From assembly GCF_036321535.1 (NCBI RefSeq), contig NC_087436.1, positions 26,724,001 to 26,788,000 on the forward strand: a stretch of 64,000 nt of DNA. Direction: 5' to 3'. Source of the stretch: Camelus dromedarius. Lineage: Eukaryota. Below, piece after piece: positions 13,563 through 24,879 of the stretch; position 1 is the stretch's first letter; each line of letters begins with the position of its first letter. The position numbers were made by a program, and so were the translations under genes. The notes below the pieces were generated by a model. That model searched no databases. It saw only the letters and a program-made list of their open reading frames with translations, and was not told the DNA's origin.

Positions 13563-15799
13563 GGATAAAAATAATTATTGTTTATTCTTATAAACTTCTC
13601 TCCCACTAAGTGATCACCTTCTTGATAAGATAGTTGGTAGTATGACTTCTGCTTATTTCAATTTTTAGCAGATGTTTTACAAAAGCAAAAATTAAAACCC
13701 CAAAGTTTTACTAGTTTTCAAAAATGATATTTTTATGTCTTAAAATAAAATTTTAGACTTCTGTCAAGATTTGTGGAGGATGACCTCATGGAAGTTCTGC
13801 TGGGCTAAGAGACTATTTCCCTTCCTGTGAATTGTGTCCTAAATCTTGAGAGAACAACATTGATGATCTGACTTAATTATGAACAAAATTTCAATAATCA
13901 GATTAAAGGAATAGAACTGTGTACCAGTTGGATTAAATGCCAAATATTAGAAAATAAGGCTGTTTCAACAAAATTCAGGCTTTATAGGCGTTAGAATATC
14001 AGGGCATTTGTACATGCCTCAGGCAATGTTTAAAACATCTAGTTTATTGGGGATAGCAATTAACAAACATCCTAGATAGTTTAAGAAAGTAAGATGTATC
14101 TGAATATATAGCGTTTTAAAGTATATTAAAAAATTATTGAGTATAAAAGATTAAGGCTTCATGTCAAGAGGGGAGTTTTGAAGTCATATGTTATCCTCCC
14201 CACCAGTATAATCAATGAAACAATTGAAAAATACAAATTAATCCATATGATCACTAGAAAAAAGCAACTGGGTCAAAGATTATAAAAAATTTTTAACAAA
14301 TTTTCAAGTTTTAAAGCAGATGGAGCAAGATCAACAAAATAAAGCAAAAATACAGAGAGGAGACAGTTAAGTTGTGTGAGATGGTTGTTGATTGATTTTT
14401 CCCTAAGAACACCAAAAATAAAACAAAAATAAATGAAAACCAAAACGAACTATCAGCAAGTGATGGAGTACTTACTGGAGTGATTAAAATGGGTAAAGAA
14501 CTATCTAGGGTTTAATTGATGCACTCCAAGGATGCAGCTGTATTTTTCACTCCAAACTGTTAGGTGTAGTTCCCTTGGTGCATTGGTGTCTGGCATGTAA
14601 GTGCCTAACACAGATATTTTGGTGATAACAAAACCAAGCAAGACCTCAGGCAGCTCCATTTCATCATAGTAGTCAAGAGTTGGATACAGATTCTAGATGC
14701 TGTGCGGAGTAGAAAATTCCTAAATTCTTCTACCATGATAACATAATTTTTTTCTTTCTCAGTTAAAGGCTACCAGTCTTTGCCCTATACAGTCAGTTTG
14801 AGGAAAACACTGTATTCAGACAAATGAAGCAGACAGAAGGGAGCTCTCCTAGAGATGCACTGACAGTCTCAGGTAGGTGCTTGCTGGTCTCCCTTTGCTC
14901 TCTTGAGCAGACATAAAAATGTAACTCATAAGATAAAATTGAGAAAACATTTAATAGAGACTCTATTAAAATACAGCATAGAGACAAGAAGAAAAGGTCT
15001 ATGATAGAAACAAGGGCAACTTCTCTGAGCTGAAGAAAATTTTATTTGGATCAACTTAGTGTTAAGAATATTAAAGGAGGAGGAAAAAAAGGGATGCATA
15101 GATATATAAAAATAAGGTCAAATTGAATATGCTCTTTTGGCAAAGTGACCATAACAAGAATTACAAAGGAAATAGCTGTATTAATGAAACTATTTTGTTC
15201 TGTATCTACAGCACTTAACATTAACAAAAGCACTGACAGACTGTCATATGTGTGCTCGTGAACTCCAATATATTAATCCTCATTAATCTGACTCAGTTTG
15301 AAGGATATTATGTTCAATTACATACTTAATAATTTTGAAATCTAGATGGAATAGTTTTGAAGAAATAAATGAATTATGCAAATGTACATAAAATTATCTT
15401 AGGCTAAATGACGAATACATGTGAAATAACAAAAAAACTAAACAAACAAAAAGCTAAAATGCCCAAGCCCTCCCACAGTCTTTTGACCTGCAAAGGCATT
15501 TGCACAAAGATTGCCTGTAAAAACTGAAGTAAAATCAAGCATAAAATGACTTCTTTGCCTCTCGAAATTTCCAACGCAGAGGTAAAAGTTACAAAAATTT
15601 CAAGTCCATTTTACCTTAGTATTACATAAACAGATATAGTTTATATACAATGCAAATCCTGAGCCAATCTTGCTTATCAGCATGGAAACAATAATTCCAA
15701 ATAAAATAGATGTGAATTACCACCAGTATGGCATTGAAATGATTAATACAGTATGATCTTAGATTTAGTTACTGATTCTACACTGCACTTTCTTTTTCC

Positions 15800-16515
15800 A
15801 GTATTTTTTTTAGCCACTTGGATCGACTCTATTCTATTTTTCCTCCCACTTCCTGAGTATAGTATAGTTCAATATTCAGTCATTAGTTTTTCCCTAGGTT
15901 GGTCTGTATTTTCTCCAGGGTGTTAAAATCTAATGTCTTGATTTCCCATATTTATCTACAGAGTTGCTATTCCTCTTAAAATTCATTCTCTAACATCAAA
16001 TTTGTTCCTGACCCCTTGTCCCATGCAAACTCCATTTGACATATTGCAAAAAGATTAGTCATTCTAGAAAATGTCTTTGCCCTTGGCACTGCTCCACATC
16101 AGAAAATTTCTACATCTCCCATTTGTTTGAAAAACAAAAAATAAAAACAAAACCCAGGCTTCTTCGCTTGACACTCAGATCTTTTCAATGTAGCCATCAC
16201 TAGCAAACTTACCTTTCCATGTTTTTGCAAAAAATATTTATTCATCCAAGCTCTTTTATTCCTATTCCTCATATGAATCTCACACATATGACACTCTCCT
16301 CTTTTGCCTACTTTCCTTCTCACTTGATATCTGCTCTCTTGCGTTTCAATTTTTTTACCTCAACTTCAAGTTCGAGTTCATGGTTGATTCCCTCTAAAAT
16401 CTTCCCAAGTTACCAAGTTCTTTATGACATTCTCTTCCTATTTTTCATAATTAATATGAAAATACTAATTATTTTGGATCATAAAAATGTCTAATAAGTA
16501 GGTATTGAATGCATG
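15800..16515 (+). mobile_element. Degraded L2 3' region
   Basis: Pyrimidine-rich L2-like tract ending in a 'taataagtaggtattgaatgcatg' L2-type tail. Confidence 0.5.
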
Positions 16516-16879
16516 TACACAAGATTTTGAAGGTATAAAATTAATCTCCATCCACAAAATGACTCAAACAAAAGCAAAGGAAAATCATAGGCAAAGGGAG
16601 GGTGTAGAGATGTTTTGGTTGTCATGGCAATATATCCTTAGGAAGCAACGCCCTGTGAAGTACTTCTTAGTAGATCAAAGAGGAAAAAAAAAAAAAACAA
16701 GGTAAAATGAGGACAGAATTATTAAAAGTAACAGCAGAATCTATTTGGAAAAAACTTTTATAATGCGCATGACTGCCATTTAGACCTTCTGAGGCAGTGT
16801 TGAGTATAGCATTCTGTCATTAGTAGATAATAATTCTCAGATATTCAAGTATACATCAGTTATCTTCATTTCATTCCTC

Positions 16880-17111
16880 TGAAGAAGTTATCTCAGCAAT
16901 GTTGATATTTTGGGTGGACAATTCTCTGTTGGTAGGGGACTTTCTTGTGCACTGTGGAATGGTATGTATCCTCTATGGCCTCAAGCCACTAGATGCCAAT
17001 AGCATCATCGTTCCCCACATTTCCACCATAGCTGTGACAACCAAACGTGTCTCCTGAGATCGCCAAATGTTCCTTGAGGGAAAAAGAAACTGACCATGTT
17101 TGAAAAATTGC
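16880..17111 (+). mobile_element. MER20 hAT-Charlie MITE
   Basis: 'ttgatattttgggtggacaattctctgttg...gtgcactgtggaatg...ccactagatgccaatagca...gtgacaaccaaacgtgtctcc..gatcgccaaatgttcc' is typical of MER20. Orientation is uncertain. Confidence 0.85.
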
Positions 17112-18591
17112 TTTAAAGGATCTTTAGGTATAAGATAGACAAAGAGGATTTTTCTAAAATACCATTGTTTAATTTGCTTAGTTAATAACTAACATGGTAA
17201 TAAAATAGTTCAGGACATTCTTTAGTATTTTTATCACTTCAAAAGAAGAATAAACTTAAACTATTAAAAATTAAATAGCAAAATTTTATACCATATTTTA
17301 AGTCCTGTAGTAGATCATGTGATCACTACAGAAATTGGAAGAAATATTTTCCTACATTTTAAAATTCATACTCTTGCTTTGATATTGAGTATAAGTGACC
17401 TACTTTTAACACTTTTGCTGCTCCATGTTGTATATAAATCCCTTTCCTATATGGTGTGTAGTCAAATCTAAATTTATATTTCTGAGAGTCTGTTCCTGTA
17501 AGAAAATGAATGTAGAGAATTGCATTTTGTATCATTTTGTAGAGGGGGAAAATTATTACAAAAAGTAGGGATAGCTTTTGCATTAGCTGGGCTTAACAGC
17601 AAATCTCCCTTTGACACAAAACTCAGAGGAAATTCTTTATTCTTATTTTCCAAGTCTACACAGCTATTTTAGGAGACATCAAAGAGATTTACTATTGGCT
17701 AGTCGGGGTGTTTAGCCCTTTGGGGATAATTTGGGTTAGATAAAGGTACACTGACTTCAACTGAGAGTCCCATTTCTTCCTATGCCAAAAAAAAAAAAAT
17801 GCTAAGAAGAAATCTTTTATATTCATACCACAGGCAACTAAGAAACATAATCTGGAGAAAAGTCTCTATTTTAAGACTCCATATTAATTTGACATACTGA
17901 CTCTCACACTACTAGCACTGGCCATAGCTAACCTGAGGGCCAACAGCAATGTCCTTCATTTCTATGATATTTCATGTCCAATTATGTGCAGAAGATCCAG
18001 TAATTATAGCAAAATGTCCACATGCTTATAAAGAAGTTCTCAAAGTTAAAACTGTGTAGAAGCTAAAACACGTTTTCTTTCCTTTTACAATTTTATGTTT
18101 TGACTGTTTTTTTACTAGAGCTCTGCTTTTTCCTCCCACTTCGAGTAACCCAGTTTTCTAGTATGTTTTTTCTACCTGAAAACTGTCTAGAATTCTACGC
18201 CATTACACTTGACAAGCTTAAATTCCTTCTCCTTATAGTGTCTCCTCCTTACAGTGTCTTATAGAATAAATATATAACACATAGTCATTGGTGAATCAAA
18301 ATAAGCATTTTATAAATAATAAACTGTAAATATAGAGACAGCAGGATGGGAGTCATATTCAGTTTGAAAAAAATGTGGACAGAAAGTTAGGATAAACCGG
18401 ACTTACAAAGGTTACCTCAAATAGTTGGTGATTATACTTGCTCTTTTGTATAATTTCTAATCTAATGGAGTGTAATGTAGAAATTCTGAAGTGATACACA
18501 GCTAGGAAAGGTTTAAAGAACATATACATAACACCTTATCTTATAAGTTAGGAAAAATCTCCAGAGATACCTAAGTTATCGTGCAAAGGTT

Positions 18592-18915
18592 ACAGTGAGT
18601 ATCAGCTGTGTGTGTCAACTTGGATAGGCTAGAGTCTCCCATTATTCAGTCAAATACTAACCTGTGCACTGTTGTGAAGACACTTTCTAGATGTTATTAA
18701 AGTGCATAATCAATTGACCTTAAGTGAAGGAGATTATCCTAGATAATAATGAATAGCTCTTATCCAACCAACTGAAAGGTCTTAAGAACAGAACAGTGGC
18801 TTCAGCTCACACTGAGAATTTCATCTTGCCTTTCCTGATGGCTTGCTTTGTGGATTTTGAATTTGCCTCCACAATTACATAAACCAATTCCCTCCAACAA
18901 ATCACTTTGTATGTA
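18592..18915 (+). mobile_element. 5' LTR (MLT2-type, 3'-truncated) of an ERV-L provirus
   Basis: 'tgtgtcaacttggataggctagagtctcccattattcagtcaaatactaa' is homologous to the 3' LTR at 22040 ('tttggataggctatagtaccccattattcagtcaaacactaa'). Confidence 0.85.
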
Positions 18916-21900
18916 ACTGGTGGGAAATAAATGCAAGGGCCTTCTATCTTAGTAAAATTTCTAGAAGTTCAGTGGTGTGAGCACGTTAGATGTCCTTTCT
19001 AAGGTAAAAGATAAGTTGTTGCATTGAGCCCAACCAAAAAAGAGACTCATGGCTTAGTGTGTGTCTTTGGATTTCGGAAGCAACGTATTCCTCCTTCAAG
19101 TATGCTACTCCAACCCGTCACCAAGGACCTGAAGAGCTGCTCCTTTAGAGTCCAGAAGAAAGGAAGGCTCTGTGATAGTGGCAAGCTTCCGGGGAGGCTG
19201 GTCTGCCACTTGGGTCATATGATCCAGCAGATGCAGTGGTGCTTGAGGTGTGAGTGGTAGTGAGATGCTGAATGGAGCCTTTGACAGGCAACAGGTAAAC
19301 TGCAGAGAAGAGTCAGGATTTTGGAGCAAAGTGCCGTCAGCCTCTGCAGATAACCACTCTCCTTTTGAGAAACACCTCTTGACCTGCTCCTGGGCCTTAG
19401 TAGAGACTGAATGCTTAAGCATCAGTCACCGAGTCACCATGCAACCTGAGCTGCCCATGATGAACTGAGTATTTTCTGACCCACCAAGCCATGAAGTTGG
19501 GCATTCTCAGCAGCATTCTAGTTTCAAATGAAAGTGATATCTATGATATTGAACTAGAAGCAAGCCCTGAGGACACAAGCAAGTTAGATGAGGAAGTGGT
19601 ACAAATGCATATGGCCCCCATTCTGCTTCAGGACCTTCCCTTTATCAGCCCACACCTATGGCCTGAGTAGCCTCCTATAATTAGTTGACTGAGCAAGAGA
19701 AAACTCAAGGATGTTTTATGGAGTGTCCTGCATAGCATGCAGGCACCACCTGAAAGTGGCTAGCTGCAGTGTTCCAGGCTCTTCCTGAGACATCACTGAA
19801 GGACGGTGGTAAAGGGAAATCTGTCCTGTGGACAGAGCTTCAAGCAGAGCACCTGGCAGTGCATTTTGCTTGGAAGGAACAAGTGCCAGAGGTATGGGTA
19901 TATATCAAATTATGGGCTGTGGCCAAAGATTTGACTGAATAGTTAAGGACTAGGAAGGAATGCAATAGGAAAATTTGTGACAGGAAGGTGCTGGGAAGAG
20001 ATGTGGTTGGACTTGCGGAATGGGCAAAGACTGTGAACATATTTGTGTCCCATGTGAATGTTCATCAAAAGGTGATCTCTGCACAGGAGTTTTATGATCA
20101 AGTGGATAGGATGACATATCAGTGGACACCAGTTAGCCTCTTTTCTCAGCCACCCCTACTATCGTTCAGTGAATTCAGGAACAAAGCAGGCATAGTGGCA
20201 GGGATGGAGGTTATTCATGGGCTCAGCAACACAAGCTTCAATTTACCAAAGAGAACTGGCTACAGCCACTGCTAGGAGCCCAATGCCAGCAGTACAGACC
20301 AACAGTGACTCCCTAATATGGCACCATTTCCCAGAGTAATCAGTCAGCTACCTGATGTCAGATTGATTACTTCGAACCATTTCTGTCATGGAAGGGGCAG
20401 CACTGTATTCTGTGAGACACTTATTCTGAATATGGATTTAACTGTCTTGCACACAATGGGCTCTGCTGAATTCCTATCCACCATTGTGGTATTCCAAATA
20501 GCACTGTTTCTGATCTATGAAGTAATGATCACTACTTAAGCAAACTGAGTTTAGCAATGGGTCCACATTCATTGACTTTATCAGTTGTACCACACACTCC
20601 ATCATCTAGTATGAGTTGGCTTGATGGAACAGAGATATGGCTTTTTGAAGATTTAGTTACAGTGTCATACAGGTGGTAATACCTTTGGGGCTGTGGCAAT
20701 CTCCATGAGGCTGTATATGCTCTAAATTAATGACCAGTATATAGTGTTATTTTTTTTCCATAGTCAGTACTCATGTCTGGGAACCAAGGGGTGGAAATGA
20801 GAGTGGTACCTTGCACTACTGTCAGTAGCAAAATTTTTACTTCTTGTCTCTGTGACTTTATGCTCTACTGGCTTAGATGTTTTGGTCCAAAGGGAGAAAT
20901 TCTTCCATCAGGAGGCACAACAATGATGCCATTGAACTAGAAGTTGAATGTGTCACTGTCTATTTTGGTCTCCTCATATCTCTGAATCAATAGGCAAAGA
21001 GAGGACTTCCTATACTGACTGGCGTCATAGATCGTGACCACCAAAGGGAAATTGGATTACTAAACTGTCAACTTCCACTACACAGTGGAGGTAAGAAAGG
21101 ATATGTCTGGAATACAGGAGATCTCTTAATTCATTTTCTAGTATCGCCATGTCTTGTAATTAAATTAATGGAAAATTACAACAACCCAACTAAGGTAGGA
21201 CTGCTAATGCACCAGATGCACCAGAAATTTCATGAATTAACATTTAGGTCACTTCAACAGGCAAAGAACTATGGCCAGCTGAGGTGCTGGGAATGATAGT
21301 GGAAACGTGGCTATAAATATTAGCTATAACCTTATGACTAGTTGCAGAAATGAGGACTATAATGTCTTTAATCATTTATTCCTTATTTTGTTATGGATAT
21401 ATTTATAGATAGAGATATATTATGCAATTAAAAAAATTTTTTTTTAAAAATACCATATGAGATCGCTCATATGTGGAATCTAAAAAAACAAAAACAAAAA
21501 CAAACAAACAAACAAAAACAAAGCGTAAATACAGGACAGAAATAGACTCACAGACAGAGAATACAGACTTGTGGTTACCAGGGGGGTGGAGGGTGGGAAG
21601 GGATAGACTGGGATTTCAAAATTGTAGAATAAATTACACTGTATAGCACAGGGAAATATACACAAAATGTTATGATAACTCAAAGAGAAAAAAATGTGAC
21701 AATGAGTGTGTATATGTCCATGAATGACTGAAAAATTGTGTTGAACACTGGAATTTGACACAACATTGTAAAATGATTATAAATCAATAAAAAATGTTAA
21801 AAAAATTTTTTTTCTTCCCATTCATCTTTTTATCATCTATTATAAGATGTATTAATGAGAGTTAGCTTTACATCACAGAATTTGATACAAGATAAAGAGA

Positions 21901-22039
21901 AGAGTAAATGCACACAATGTGTATCCTCCTCCAGGAGAATAGTGAACTGGAAAAATATGACTTTGTTATTGTTTTTATTTGGAGAGTAAACATATGTTAA
22001 GGAGATGTGTACAGGTGCCAAGCTGACATGGGTTGGACT
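18916..22039 (+). mobile_element. Degenerate ERV-L internal region (RT C-terminus, RNase H, integrase, dUTPase), with gag/pro/N-terminal RT deleted; interrupted by an L1
   Basis: Fragments translate to ERV-L motifs: AELQAEHLAVHFAWKEQVPEVWVY (RNase H, ~19835-19900), IFVSHVNVHQK...QVDRMT (~20040-20116) and dUTPase-like LTGVIDRDHQREIGLL (~21015-21062). A PPT-like 'ccaagctgacatgggttggac' precedes the 3' LTR. There are many stops and frameshifts. Confidence 0.9.
21446..21798 (+). mobile_element. Young 5'-truncated L1 3' end (camelid-like 3' UTR) inserted into the ERV-L
   Basis: L1 end 'taccatatgagatcgctcatatgtggaatcta...cacaacattgtaaaatgattataaatcaataaa', flanked by the direct repeat TTAAAAAAATTTTTTTT at 21428-21444 and 21797-21813 (TSD). 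Confidence 0.9.
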
Positions 22040-22413
22040 TTAATGGTCAGTTTTATGTATTAATTTGGATAGGCTATAGTACCCCATTATTCAGTCAAAC
22101 ACTAATCTAGGTGTTGCTGTGGAGATGTCGTAGGTGTGGTTAACATTTACAATCAGTTGCCTTTAAACAAAGGAGAGTAATCTGTGTGGGCCTGATTCAA
22201 TCAGTTGAAAGCCTTTAGAACAGAACTGAAGTTTCCTGGAAGAAATTCTGTCTGTGTGCTGCATCTTTAACTCAGCCTGAGAGCTCCACTCTTCCTTTCC
22301 TGATGGCCTACCATATAGATTTTGGACTTGACTAGGCAGCCCTCACAGTCACATAAACTAACCCCTTCATATACATCTACTACTGATTCTGTTTCTCTGG
22401 TTGGATCTTGGCT
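22040..22413 (+). mobile_element. 3' LTR (MLT2-type) of the ERV-L provirus
   Basis: Runs from 'taatggtcagttttatgt' to 'ctactactgattctgtttctctggttgga', a typical MLT2 3' end. Confidence 0.85.
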
Positions 22414-24372
22414 AAGAAGTTTCTTAAATATTTTGTAGCACATTCAGGACAAAAATAATAGCACAGGACTCTCATGAAATTAACCAAAATGTTATTTCAT
22501 AGACTAAATATCGAGCTGAGTTATATAGATTTTCTGTGGGTCTGCTCATTTAAGCTCATTTTATCATTATTTTATGCCCCCCAAAATTAACTAATTCATA
22601 GATCAAAACAAAATTAAATAAACTTGACTTAGTTAATCTGCTTTAAAAAAATCTTTCTAGAAAGGCATCTCATTTTACCTAATTATGGCAACTGAGGAAT
22701 ATTTGGAAAAGATTCACGCAAGCTAAGTGACAGTCAATCTTTAGTAGCTGAAACAAGGAATCACTTAAATGTGGTACATGTAACACTAAGAATGATAATT
22801 ATATAATAACACTCCTGAGATTAAAAAAAGACACAGCAAGAGAATGAAATTAAAAACTGAAAAGAAGAATAACACAAACAACATTGCAGATACCTATGGC
22901 ACTTTCATTAACAAAAGGACTGATGGGATAAAATATGCACAGTCATGTGCTCCTGTCTATTATTACCCATTAATTCCACTCAGTTTGAAGGGTATCACAC
23001 CAAGAAAATCTCGAGAAAGAAATGCTAATCTCCTGACAGTCAGTCTCTACATTTTCTGAAATTTATATATGAATCAACAGAGGATTCTGCCAAATGCAAT
23101 TCCATTTGCTCTTCTGATCACAATTCAATATGGAAATAAAAGAGAAAAAAGAATATAAGGAAATTGAACTAGAATAATAAATAGAAAGAAAGCAAGTATT
23201 ATCCCCAGAAACAATAAATACATCTTGAAAAGCAATATGCTGAGTCTTTATATACAATGTACCTTTTTTCCCTTAAAAACTGTGAAAGCCAAACCAAATG
23301 ATTTGCTTTATGCACCTGGCGCCAGACACAATTAGTCATTTCTGAGTATCCTTGGGAAAGCACAGCTTTTCTCAGGGATGTAAATGCTTTCAGCTCATTT
23401 CAATAAAAGACATTTCTATCCTGTAGCATTCCTTTTTGAGACGGTGGATTTGGAGCACTTAGATAAAACTAAACTCCCTGTGCTCAGAATGTGATCACAG
23501 CTGCTGTGTGGGCAGCGAGCAGAGAGCACAGGGGCCCTAGACACCAATTGGAGAGTTTTGATATGCTTTGAGTTAACAAGGGAAGCCCAGGTGATGCTCC
23601 TAGATTCCACAGGCCAGTTGGTAGAGATGGGAATCACTCAACAAACAGGGCTGGCTTCATTCTCAAAGTCAGCTCCAACCATCACATCAGGCTGCAGACC
23701 CAACTGCACTGAATTGCTAATTAAGTTATCAGCAAACAGAACCTTCAGAAACCTCAGCTGCATGGACTAAAATAGAAGAAAAATCTAATGAAAGCACAGG
23801 AGCATTTTTGTTTTGCCTTCTCTCAAAACGATGAAATTAGATTTTTTTTTTTTTTGTCTCTGCCTGCCTCTGAACTATGAAAATAGCATTCCCAATTTCA
23901 CACATTACCTCTTCAGCTACCATGAACAATGTGGCACATTTTACTCAAGTTCCTTGTCATTAGTGCCACCTTGAAACAACTTGAAATTTTGGTTGTTTTG
24001 CTTTTTTTAATTGTATTTACTTAAAACGTAACAATCTTCAGAGTAAAGCATTCTTTGAAATCTAAGATCATATTCAAATAGACAAGCTGTTTCTACTTCT
24101 TCCATAGCCAAGTATAATCTTACAATCAATAAAATAACAGGTGGTTAGTGCCTGATTACCACAGGAAAAGTGATATGTTAGCTGGCATATCTCGTTAAAT
24201 AAATCTCATTAAATAAATTTCATAGTACTTCATTAATCTAAAGCAAAAGAAGGTAGGGTGAAAGATATTATGTAAAGCAGTCATGGAGGGGAAGTAAAAT
24301 GAAAAAGGAGTGTGTTAAAATATTTAAAATTCAGAAGTACCAGGGCAGATCTTCCGAAATATAATCCCAAGA

Positions 24373-24475
24373 TTATATTTTAATCTTTCTTCTAGCTTTC
24401 CCCAAAGGGACCTGTGGACATTTACCAGGGTAACTGTGCACTGGATAAAGGAAAACAATCAGATTCTTTGGGGAT
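24373..24475 (+). mobile_element. Isolated ERV-L gag/protease-junction fragment
   Basis: Translates NLSSSFPQRDLWTFTRVTVHWIKENNQILWG, similar to the recalled ERV-L segment (PQRDLRPFTRVTVHWGKG) just before the protease LLDTG motif. Confidence 0.75.
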
Positions 24476-24879
24476 CCCCTCCCTCCACAAAAAAGAGGTA
24501 TTCTTAAATGCAACGCTTGAAATCACTCTCTTGGAGATTCATAATGTCCAGTGGCTTATTAAAGACTCTGATAGATCTTGCAATTTAAAAATAAAAAACA
24601 AAACAAACCATCAACCAAACTGTTTCAGTTTGGCTGTGTGAACCTCAAACTTACATGACTACTTATGTGACACCCTTCTTTTTTTTAATAAAAACTTATT
24701 TCATCAAACAAAAATGTTATTCTGAGCATTTGTTTGGGGAAAAGTCACTAGATTATTTACTTCGCACTCCAGCTTTATTTGAAAAATTATTTTTTATTAA
24801 ATTAGCTTTTTTAGATTATTATCATATTTGTTTGGAGACCCCTCAAATACAGTACAATTGTCACTGTCACTCCTTTACA

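Noticed and set aside
19024..20539. ORFs in the ERV-L internal region as a domesticated retroviral gene
   Set aside because: Short, frameshifted and riddled with stops. No intact RT, RNase H, integrase or dUTPase frame.
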